A DNA stretch of 64,000 nucleotides from a bacterium (lineage in GTDB: Bacteria > RBG-13-61-14 > DATKZS01): assembly GCA_963674965.2 (NCBI GenBank), contig CAXXFL010000005.1:192001-256000 (forward strand), read 5' to 3'. Numbering within the stretch: the stretch's first letter is position 1; every line of letters begins with the position of its first letter. The translations under genes were made by a program, and so were the position numbers. This document shows, one piece after another, positions 56,250 through 64,000 of the stretch. The notes beneath the pieces are model-generated. The model was not told the DNA's origin. It worked only from the letters and a program-made list of their open reading frames with translations, and searched no databases.

Positions 56250-58346
56250 ATGGGACTTGGAAGCCGCATAAAGAACGACACTTTTCTCCGCTTTACCCTG
56301 GCCCAACTGGGTATAACCGCCAGTGGAGTAGTAGTGCTTGCCGTCATCGGCCGGCTGGCCGTGCCGGGCATTACGGACTTCTGGCTCGAGTTCATTCCCC
56401 GCGCCGCGGCGGTGGCGTTCGTGCTCGGCGTCTTCGCCGTGGCCATGGTCTTTAAACAGAACCAGATACTTCGAGTCCTGTCTCGGCATGGGGCCTCGGG
56501 CAAGCTCTCAGATAAAACGTGGGAGGAAATCAAGAAGGCCGCCTGCGACCTTCCCCAGCGGCTCATGGTCCTGACCCTCATTGTATGGCCCTTATTCGCG
56601 GGACTGACTGGATTATGGACCTGGGCCTCGGGTTTCATCACCCTTGACGAGGCGATAAGGACCGGCCTTTGCGGGCTATTATATTGCCCCATCCAGGCCA
56701 CTCTCCTGTTTTATTTCTCCCGCTACAGCCTGCGGTCGATGATCGGCGCCTTTTCCGGACAGGGCGTGTCATGGTTCTCCGAGCGAAGGGGGTTCATGGG
56801 CCTTAAGCCCAAACTCATCATGAGTTACGCCACTCTGGCCGTTTGTCCTCTTTTCGCGGGCATACTGTTGAGCGAGGTGCAGACGGAAAGGCTCGAGCTG
56901 CAAAGGGGCCTCGAGGGAGCGGGCAAGGCCCTGGACTACATGGCCGAGCAGGGGGCCACCAGGTCCCTGATGGGCAGGTGGGAGGGCGCGGTGGCGGGCG
57001 CGGCCTACGAGCTTAAGCTGGGGGAGGGCACGAGGTTCCAGCTTTCCCGTCCGCCCGACAAGCTTCTGGCCGGCGAGGTCAAGGATGACGAGAAGGACAA
57101 GTGGCTGGGGGTGATATCGAGGGAGCCGGTGGATGGATACGTATCCGTCCGGGTACCGGGTTCGAGGCGGTACATGGTGTTCAAGTATTTCCCGGAGGAC
57201 GAGGTATGGCTTAGCGTCTCGACCGACCCTTTTCCTTCCCGGGCCAATATCTTTAAGCGTCAGGGGGCGACCTTTTTATTGGCGGTGATCATCTTCGTCA
57301 TTTCCATCGCCATGGGATACCTGGCGGCGGAGGACGTGGTGACCCCGGTGCGTCTTCTGGCCTCGGCGGCGGGCAAGGCCTCGCGAGGAGATTACGAGGA
57401 GGTCGAGGGTTTCCTTTCCGACGACGAGCTTAGCGACCTGGCCATGGGCTATAACGTCCTGGTCGCCTCCATCAGGCGGGAGTTGAAAAGGGCGAACCAG
57501 GTTTCCGTGAGCATAAGGAAAGTGGTGTCGGGACTCTCGGAGCAGGCGGACCGGATCAGGGGACTGGCCGACCAGGAAAGACAGGTCATCGACGAGCAGA
57601 ACGCCCTGGCGGAGGGCGCCGAGTCGCGGGCGGAGCTTATCTCCCAGGCGTCCGAGTCCATAAGCGACGGGGCCCGCGCCACCAAGATTAAGATGGACGA
57701 GGTTGACGAGGCCTGCCTGGCGGCGGCGGTGGACCTGGCCAAGCTTTCCGAGGCGGCCCGGGGGGCGGCCGAGGCCAACCAGACGATCCACGAGGAGATG
57801 GAGGACCTCGAGCGCAACTACGAGACCATGGAGGACGTGGTGGGCCTGATCGAGGAGATCGCCGACCAGGCCGAGCTTCTGGCCCTGAACGCCGAGCTCG
57901 AGGCGGCGGGAGCGGGAGAGGGCGCGTCGCGCTTCATGGTGGTGGCCACCGAGATGAGGCGCCTGGCGATAAGGACCTCCGAGCAGACGAGCTGGATTCG
58001 GGAGCTTTTTGAGGCGCTCCGGGAGTCCAACTTCAAGATGGTCCAGTCCATCGAGACGGGCAGAAAAAAATCGGCCATGGCGCCCCAGCGGGCGGAGGGA
58101 CTCAAGGAGGGCTTGAAAAAAATCCAGGAACGCTCGAGCCTGGCCTCGGACTCGATGATCGACATCGTCGAGATGACGGACAAGCAAAGCGGCTCCCTAG
58201 GCGAGATGAAGAGCATCGTCATCGAGATAAGGACCGCCGCCAAGATAATGGACGAGGTTGGCCTGGGCGCGGAAAAAGCGGTCAAGAAGCTTAACGAGCT
58301 CTCGGACAACCTGAACCTTCTCGTCTCGAGGTCGGAGGATGAATAA
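56250..58346 (+). CDS. Methyl-accepting chemotaxis protein (multi-TM N-terminus, HAMP)
   Basis: DDELSDLAMGYN (HAMP) and IADQAELLALNAELEAAGAGE..RFMVVATEMRRLA signalling tip. Confidence 0.88.
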   Translation: MGLGSRIKNDTFLRFTLAQLGITASGVVVLAVIGRLAVPGITDFWLEFIPRAAAVAFVLGVFAVAMVFKQNQILRVLSRHGASGKLSDKTWEEIKKAACDLPQRLMVLTLIVWPLFAGLTGLWTWASGFITLDEAIRTGLCGLLYCPIQATLLFYFSRYSLRSMIGAFSGQGVSWFSERRGFMGLKPKLIMSYATLAVCPLFAGILLSEVQTERLELQRGLEGAGKALDYMAEQGATRSLMGRWEGAVAGAAYELKLGEGTRFQLSRPPDKLLAGEVKDDEKDKWLGVISREPVDGYVSVRVPGSRRYMVFKYFPEDEVWLSVSTDPFPSRANIFKRQGATFLLAVIIFVISIAMGYLAAEDVVTPVRLLASAAGKASRGDYEEVEGFLSDDELSDLAMGYNVLVASIRRELKRANQVSVSIRKVVSGLSEQADRIRGLADQERQVIDEQNALAEGAESRAELISQASESISDGARATKIKMDEVDEACLAAAVDLAKLSEAARGAAEANQTIHEEMEDLERNYETMEDVVGLIEEIADQAELLALNAELEAAGAGEGASRFMVVATEMRRLAIRTSEQTSWIRELFEALRESNFKMVQSIETGRKKSAMAPQRAEGLKEGLKKIQERSSLASDSMIDIVEMTDKQSGSLGEMKSIVIEIRTAAKIMDEVGLGAEKAVKKLNELSDNLNLLVSRSEDE

Positions 58347-58369
58347 ACCGGAGCGACAAGGAGAGAGGC

Positions 58370-58849
58370 ATGAATAAGATCACTTTAATGGCCATATGCG
58401 TTATTTTTATCGCCGGATGCGCGACCAGGACCTGGGAAATGGACGCCGGTGATCCAGGCTATAAAATCCATGGGGTTTCCGTTGATCCCACTTACGGCTA
58501 TACCGCCGAGAACCCAATAAACGTGGGAATATTCAGCGTGAGCGGAGTCCGGCCCGAGTATGATTATCTTAAGGCGTTGCGCGGACCAAATGGAGAGGCG
58601 CTCAAGTATCGTCGGCTGGGGTCATGCTGCCATTTCGAAACCGAGAATTCCCCTTTTGGAGGCGGGTTTCTGGATATATGGGAGGTCTCCTGCAAAGGCA
58701 TTGAAGGGCCCGTCCACATTTACCTTAACGCCTATGAGTATGAAGAGCCAAAAGCGCCGATGGGTTTCACGTTCGTGGGTTACGACCGCTCCTGGTCTCG
58801 TGCCCAGCCGGCCGGGACGGCGCTGTATGCCGGACTTGAAAGTCTTTAG
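58370..58849 (+). CDS. Conserved hypothetical lipoprotein
   Basis: IAGC lipobox, YGYTAENPINVG and LRGPNGE..YRRLGSCCHF motifs. GGAG RBS. Confidence 0.75.
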   Translation: MNKITLMAICVIFIAGCATRTWEMDAGDPGYKIHGVSVDPTYGYTAENPINVGIFSVSGVRPEYDYLKALRGPNGEALKYRRLGSCCHFETENSPFGGGFLDIWEVSCKGIEGPVHIYLNAYEYEEPKAPMGFTFVGYDRSWSRAQPAGTALYAGLESL

Positions 58850-58887
58850 ACTCCAAAAGAAAGCGAAAGGGACCCGCGTCGGCAAAA

Positions 58888-59523
58888 TCATTCGCGCGTG
58901 AGCATCATTCTTTTCCCGTCCCTTTCGATCTCCACCTGCAAGAAGGGTTCCTCGGACATGCCTTGAATTTTGGGTACGCCCTCGTCCTGGTCCGAAACCC
59001 TCTCGCCGTTGATATTCAGGATTACGTCGCCCGCGATTATGCCCAACTCCTCGTAGAAGCTGCGGGGGGCCACGCGCTTGAACATGAAGCCTTTAATCTC
59101 TCCGCAAAGCTCCTCGTCGAAATATACCGGCGTGACGCTGGTGCCGCCCCCTGAGTCCGCGCCGTCCGCGCCGTTTTGCCGGGCCCCTTTTGGGCCGGGA
59201 GCCTGGTTTGCGTCCGCGTCCTTGTTTATATCGGTAGGATGGTGATGGATGACCACCAGCTCGGTCCGGCTCCGGGGCGGGGGACCGCTCTCGATCTCGT
59301 CCCTGAACATGGCCACGCGCTTGCCGCACTCGGCGAGGTCCGCCTTGAGCGTCGCGACCTTTATAGTAAGGTTCCGGTTGGCCCTGACGATAAAAAAGCC
59401 GCCCACCCCGATGACGAGGACCAGGACGACCGAGGAAAGGGTCCCCGCAATTTTCAAGGCGGCCAGGCGCCGCTCGAGCTTGTCGATCCTGGCCCGGTAA
59501 ACGTCCACGTTAGGCTCGCTCAT
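58888..59523 (-). CDS. Membrane-anchored PDZ-domain protein (GspC-like C-terminus)
   Basis: One TM segment, a coiled coil, and LGIIAGDVILNING..VEIERDGK. Confidence 0.65.
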   Translation of the reverse strand: MSEPNVDVYRARIDKLERRLAALKIAGTLSSVVLVLVIGVGGFFIVRANRNLTIKVATLKADLAECGKRVAMFRDEIESGPPPRSRTELVVIHHHPTDINKDADANQAPGPKGARQNGADGADSGGGTSVTPVYFDEELCGEIKGFMFKRVAPRSFYEELGIIAGDVILNINGERVSDQDEGVPKIQGMSEEPFLQVEIERDGKRMMLTRE

Positions 59524-59532
59524 TTTTCCCTC

Positions 59533-60351
59533 CTACGCGAGAAGCTCGTGTATGCTCTCGCCCTTGATGAGGGCGGCGAAGGCCTCGGCCAGAAAGACCA
59601 TGGCCTCCTGGTCGAGGTAATCGAGGGCGCCCTTGTCCAGCAGAATGGAGGCCCGGGCCTCGAAGTCCTCGTCCGAGTCCCAGAAAAGAAGATAGAGCCT
59701 GACGCGGGGAAGGGCCTGAAAGATGAAGGCCAGGTCGGCCGAGCCCGACTCGTCCGGCGCTCCCCCCAGGCGGGCGGCGGCCGCCGCCAGGTCGCCCGAG
59801 CGTCCGTCGTAGGCCCTGGCCAGGCCGGCGGCGCTTGCCTCGAACTGTTTGGCCTTGCTCACGGTGTTGGGAAACTCCCGGAAGGCGGCCCATTCCCCGG
59901 CCGGCTTGGCGCCCGAGGCCCGAGTGAGGTAGATAAGCAGGAAGACCTTTACCGTCACGCCGGGAGAGCCGCCGTCCTCGGCCTTCACCCCTTCCCCGGA
60001 CGCGAGATAGGGCTCGCCGAAAAGCTCGAGCCTGACCGCATCGGGAGGGCCCGGAATATACTCGGAACCGGACTTGCGAGCCAGCTCAGCCAGGTCCGCC
60101 TCACCTACCTTGCCCATTAAAAACTCGAGGGCCTGCTCGACGGCCTGGCCGCCTCCCTTTGACTCGCGCTTTTGCGCCTCGAGCTTTTGTCTTATCTCCT
60201 CGGCCTTCTCCGGAGTGAGCTGGGTGCAGGCCGAAAGGGGAGCGTCACCCAAATACACGGCCATGGCGAAGGGCAGGCAGCCCGGCCGGCCGCAGTAGCC
60301 GCAGTTGGTCTTGGGCAGGTCCTGAAATATGTCCAGGGGCTTGTAAGGCAT
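59533..60351 (-). CDS. DUF3786-domain protein with an N-terminal 4Fe-4S (FeS) domain
   Basis: LPKTNCGYCGRPGC..AC. WAAFREFP and ALPRVRLYLLFWDSDEDFEARASILLD motifs. Confidence 0.85.
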   Translation of the reverse strand: MPYKPLDIFQDLPKTNCGYCGRPGCLPFAMAVYLGDAPLSACTQLTPEKAEEIRQKLEAQKRESKGGGQAVEQALEFLMGKVGEADLAELARKSGSEYIPGPPDAVRLELFGEPYLASGEGVKAEDGGSPGVTVKVFLLIYLTRASGAKPAGEWAAFREFPNTVSKAKQFEASAAGLARAYDGRSGDLAAAAARLGGAPDESGSADLAFIFQALPRVRLYLLFWDSDEDFEARASILLDKGALDYLDQEAMVFLAEAFAALIKGESIHELLA

Positions 60352-60599
60352 ATTCCTTATTCCGTCCGATCGCTCAAAGCGAGGTCAAATGAAAGACCCG
60401 CCGACGCGCCTCGATGGTGGCGCCGGCGGGCCGCTCGCGAGGACCCGATCATTTACCCTGGACGGCCGCGAACTCGGCCATGGTTTTTCCGATCTCGACT
60501 TTGGCCATGTCCGATAAGCCAATCTGAGGCTTGGCGATCTGGCTTACGCCCACTTTGATCCAGTAACCGACGCTGTACTCCATAATTATCTCCTTTTTA

Positions 60600-62180
60600 T
60601 TAACCGGGACATTCCTTCTTCGAGTCCCTTGCCATCTTCCGTATCATTTTAGCCGTTCTGGCCAGAGCGGCAAGTCTTTTCACCGGATTTCTCGAATACA
60701 CGGCCACAAGCGCGTCCCTGGCCACCCGGTCGCCCTCCTCGGGAAGAGGATACCAGTAGGGGTCCTTTTTCAGGGCCCAGGAAAACTCGGTTATGGACTT
60801 TACGTCCGTAAAGGCCCGGATACCCACCTCCGAGTGATACCTGCCCACGCCCGATTTCTTCATGCCCCCGAAGGGAAGGGTCGGCATGACGTAGGTGACG
60901 AGCACGTCGTTGATATTGACCGAGCCGGTCTTGAGGCGGGCCGCTATTCTTCTTCCCTCCTCCATGTCGCGGGTAAACACGGCGCCCGAGAGGCCGTACT
61001 CGGTCGAGTTGGCCATCTCGACGGCCTCGTCGATCGAGTCGTAGGGCACGATGGGCAGGAGGGGTCCGAAGGTCTCTTCCTTTCTGACCAGCATGTCGGC
61101 GGTGGTGTCGGCCAGGATGGTGGGGGGAAAGAACATGCCCTTGCCCTCCGGCGCTCGGCCGCCGGTAAGCGCCCTGGCGCCCTTGTCCAGCGCGTCCTGC
61201 AATTGCCGCTCGACTATCTCGAGTTGGGACCGCATGGTCATGGACCCGACCTGGCCCGGCTTTTTGCCCGTCTCGAGGCAATTGGTCAGGGCGACGACCT
61301 TTTTCAGGAACGGCTCGTAAACTCGTCGGTCCACCAGCGCGATCTCGGTGCCGATGCAGGTCTGGCCGCAGTTGGTAAAGCCGCCGAAGACCACGCCGTG
61401 GGCGGCCCGGTCCAGGTCGGCGTTGCTCGTGACCACGGCCACGTCCTTGCCCCCCAGTTCCATCACCGCCGGGATAAGGCGCTCGGCGGCCTTGAGGTTG
61501 ACCATGCGCCCTATCTCGGTCGAGCCGGTGAAGAACAGCATGTCCAGACCCTCGTTCTCGATCAGGGCCTGGCCCGTGACCGAGCCCTTGCCGGTCACCA
61601 CCTCGACCACTCCCTGGGGAAGCCCCGCCCGCTCCATGATCTCCTGGAAGATAAGCCCGCTCTCCGTCGTCTGCTCCGACGGCTTGAGCACGACCGCGTT
61701 GCCCGCGGCGACGGCGGCGATGGACGGCCCCGCGCTCAAGGTAAAGGGATAGTTCCACGGTGATATGACGCCAACCACGCCCTTGGGCTCGAAGACGTAA
61801 TAGCCCTTCCTGCCCGGAAGAAGAAAGTTGCCCTTGACCCGTACCGGCGACAAATGGCCCTTCGCCGTCCTGGCGTAATAGCGAAGCATCTCGCAAACGC
61901 TGGCCACGTCGGCCAGGAGGGCGTCCATTTCCGTCTTGCCATTCTCGAGGGCGATCTTTCTCGCGTACAAGCCCGAGTCCTCGGCCAGGACCGAGGCGGC
62001 CCGGCGGAGAACGCGGGAGCGCTCCTTGAAGCTCGAGCGACGCCAAATCTCGAACTTTGCCCGCGCCCGTTTTACGGCCGCGTCAACGTCCGAGGCGTCC
62101 ATCAGCTTGTAAGTGGCCAGGTCCTCGCCCGTGGCCGGGTCCCTCACCGTGTATCGAGCGGGACTTTGTTTTTCGTTCAT
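60600..62180 (-). CDS. Aldehyde dehydrogenase family protein
   Basis: ISPWNYP, LKPSE, FTGST, MELGGKD, GQTC, EETFGP and PFGGMKKSG motifs. Confidence 0.95.
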   Translation of the reverse strand: MNEKQSPARYTVRDPATGEDLATYKLMDASDVDAAVKRARAKFEIWRRSSFKERSRVLRRAASVLAEDSGLYARKIALENGKTEMDALLADVASVCEMLRYYARTAKGHLSPVRVKGNFLLPGRKGYYVFEPKGVVGVISPWNYPFTLSAGPSIAAVAAGNAVVLKPSEQTTESGLIFQEIMERAGLPQGVVEVVTGKGSVTGQALIENEGLDMLFFTGSTEIGRMVNLKAAERLIPAVMELGGKDVAVVTSNADLDRAAHGVVFGGFTNCGQTCIGTEIALVDRRVYEPFLKKVVALTNCLETGKKPGQVGSMTMRSQLEIVERQLQDALDKGARALTGGRAPEGKGMFFPPTILADTTADMLVRKEETFGPLLPIVPYDSIDEAVEMANSTEYGLSGAVFTRDMEEGRRIAARLKTGSVNINDVLVTYVMPTLPFGGMKKSGVGRYHSEVGIRAFTDVKSITEFSWALKKDPYWYPLPEEGDRVARDALVAVYSRNPVKRLAALARTAKMIRKMARDSKKECPG

Positions 62181-62303
62181 ATTGTTTTTCCCCCGCTTAA
62201 GAAAAAAATACCGGGCTCGTCATAACGACGAGGATTGAATTCTCCGAAGCCCTCGGCCCCCGGATAGCTATCCGGACCATACGAGGCCTCCGGTATGATT
62301 TTT

Positions 62304-62332
62304 AATATGGTCACACATCCGGTCCCTGTCAA
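62304..62332 (-). promoter_or_regulatory. Putative sigma70 promoter for the aldehyde dehydrogenase
   Basis: Minus strand TTGACA-N17-CATATT. Confidence 0.5.
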
Positions 62333-62370
62333 GCAAGAGGAAGCCGGGATGAGGCCGGAAAGCCCGTCGC

Positions 62371-63924
62371 TTAATCTTCCTCGATGAACTCGATAACGTC
62401 GAGGAGAAAGAAGAACTCGCTTCCTTTTCCGGGCTCGGTGTTAAAGTCGACCCGGCCCCCGTGGTACTCGATGATCTCCTTGACCAGGGCCAGGCCCAGG
62501 CCGCTTCCCTGCCTAGTTTCCCTGACGGAGGCGCCGGCTTGTCGGAACTTGTCAAAGAGGCCGGCCTGAAAGTCGATGGGTATGCCCGAGCCGGTGTCTT
62601 TGACCGATACCCTGACCTTTTCGGCGCCGCCCTGGCCGGGCAGTTTTTCCACCGCGACGGTGATCTCGCCGCCGGGCCCGGTGAACTTGATGGCGTTGGA
62701 CAGGAGGTTGGTCACCACTTGCTTAAGCCTGTCGTTATGTCCCATAACGAAGATTTTTCCCGCGGGCGCGACGAGGTGGAATGACAGGTCCCGGTCCCCG
62801 GTCACGCTGAGGAACACCTCGAGGGAGGCCTTGACGGTTTCGACTATATCGATCTCGATGAAGTCGAGTTCCATTTTTTTCGCCTCGAAGCGCTGGAGGT
62901 CGAGGAGGTCGCTTATCAGCCTGTTAAGTCTTCCGCACTCGTCGGTGATGACGGTCAGGTATCTCTTCTGTTTTTCCTTTTCCAGGTCGTCGATCCTCTC
63001 GAGCAGGAGATGGGCGTATCCGGTTATTCCGGTCATGGGCGTGCGCAGGTCGTGAGAGACCATGTGGAGCAGGTTGTCCTTCATGGCGTCCATCCTTTGC
63101 AGTTCCTTATAGGACCTCTCGAGCTCGACCTGGGCCTTGATCTTGCCCACCATCCGGTTGAAGCCCGCGGCCAGCTCGCCCAGCTCGTCTTTTCCCCAGA
63201 CCTCGACCGCGTGGTACAGATCGCCCTCCCCGACCTTTTGCATGCCCTCGGCGAGCTTTTTCACGCGCCGATGCACGAACGCCCAGAGGAAGAGGCCCGA
63301 GAGAATCTCGATGGTTACAACGGCCAGGGCCGCGAGGACAAAAAGCGTCCCGGCGCTCCGATCCATGATCGCGTCCACGTCCGCCAGGGATATCCGGGTC
63401 TCGATCATGCCCAGGACCTTTTTTCGCGAGGGGTCCGGATGACAACCGGCCGCGGAGCATGCCCTCTCGTTCATGACGGGATCGATCCTGGTCAGGGTCC
63501 TTCCGCCGCCCGGCCGGGACTCGATATAAAAGGAGTTTTGGGCGGAAGGCTTCTGGAGGGGCGGCTCGACCAAGTGGCAGGCGAGACATCCGGCGGAGGT
63601 TTTCTCGACCCTTGTCCCGATCTCCTTTTCGTCGGCGCTGAAGGATATCCCTTGCTTGCCATAGACGCGGATCGATTCCAGCCGAGGCGCCCCGAGGAAG
63701 GACGCTATCATGCCTTGCGTGGCGGCCCGGTCGTTCTCGATCATGTTCTCGCGGGTCTGGGCGATCAGTATATTATTGACGTTGCCGGTGGTCTCGAAAA
63801 TCTGGTACTCGAGGTGTCTTTTATTTTCGCGCAGAATGAGGACGCTCATGGGCAGGAAGATAAGCCCCCCTATCATGAGCAGAAAAAAGAACAGCCGAAA
63901 AGCCAGCGACCTGTAAATCCTCAA
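62371..63924 (-). CDS. Sensor histidine kinase with a periplasmic c-type heme-binding sensor, HAMP, HisKA and HATPase
   Basis: CLACH and CSAAGCH between two TM segments. DELGELAAGFNRM, SHDLRTP, NAIKFT and GSGLGL motifs. Confidence 0.9.
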   Translation of the reverse strand: MRIYRSLAFRLFFFLLMIGGLIFLPMSVLILRENKRHLEYQIFETTGNVNNILIAQTRENMIENDRAATQGMIASFLGAPRLESIRVYGKQGISFSADEKEIGTRVEKTSAGCLACHLVEPPLQKPSAQNSFYIESRPGGGRTLTRIDPVMNERACSAAGCHPDPSRKKVLGMIETRISLADVDAIMDRSAGTLFVLAALAVVTIEILSGLFLWAFVHRRVKKLAEGMQKVGEGDLYHAVEVWGKDELGELAAGFNRMVGKIKAQVELERSYKELQRMDAMKDNLLHMVSHDLRTPMTGITGYAHLLLERIDDLEKEKQKRYLTVITDECGRLNRLISDLLDLQRFEAKKMELDFIEIDIVETVKASLEVFLSVTGDRDLSFHLVAPAGKIFVMGHNDRLKQVVTNLLSNAIKFTGPGGEITVAVEKLPGQGGAEKVRVSVKDTGSGIPIDFQAGLFDKFRQAGASVRETRQGSGLGLALVKEIIEYHGGRVDFNTEPGKGSEFFFLLDVIEFIEED

Positions 63925-64000
63925 TACTCCCGTCTTCCCCCACCGAGCCGGGACCGGCTCTTATGGATTATAGTATAGTCAGATACAAGTGAATATGTAA

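Noticed and set aside
1-64000. Genome-wide UGA reassignment as an explanation for the PhoD stop
   Set aside because: Well-defined genes such as smpB and dgt end on TGA at their expected C-termini, and no other gene shows internal TGA.

Overview
GC-rich bacterial chromosomal window (roughly 60-65% GC by eye). Gene content suggests a Deltaproteobacteria-like organism, which is inference only. 1-21.2 kb holds three co-oriented secreted/surface protein genes: a 5'-truncated fibre-like protein and two giant paralogues (2893 and 3358 aa). The paralogues have different N-terminal propeller modules but share a C-terminal half with a clan-CD (C13/caspase-like) His-Cys peptidase, PPC- and CarboxypepD_reg-like domains, DxDGDG Ca-binding repeats and a divergent dockerin-like end. 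21-32 kb is housekeeping/metabolic (sfsA fusion, GGR-family oxidoreductase, smpB, cinA, pgpA, GT-C glycosyltransferase, and an arginase-like/FAD-oxidase/CCG Fe-S/SCP2-like operon). 32.4-36.8 kb is an AT-richer island with a family of REP-like palindromes, including a 480-bp composite inverted element. 37-64 kb has dgt, a second GT-C, trehalase, two histidine kinases with near-identical HisKA cores, a response regulator, B12 radical SAM, a frameshifted amphi-Trp gene, PIG-L deacetylase, GGDEF, V4R, a PhoD gene split by one in-frame TGA at the position of the metal-ligating Cys (selenocysteine candidate or nonsense lesion), nadE lacking the glutaminase Cys, an MCP, a DUF3786 Fe-S protein and an aldehyde dehydrogenase. 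No rRNA, tRNA, CRISPR array, integrase or transposase was recognised.
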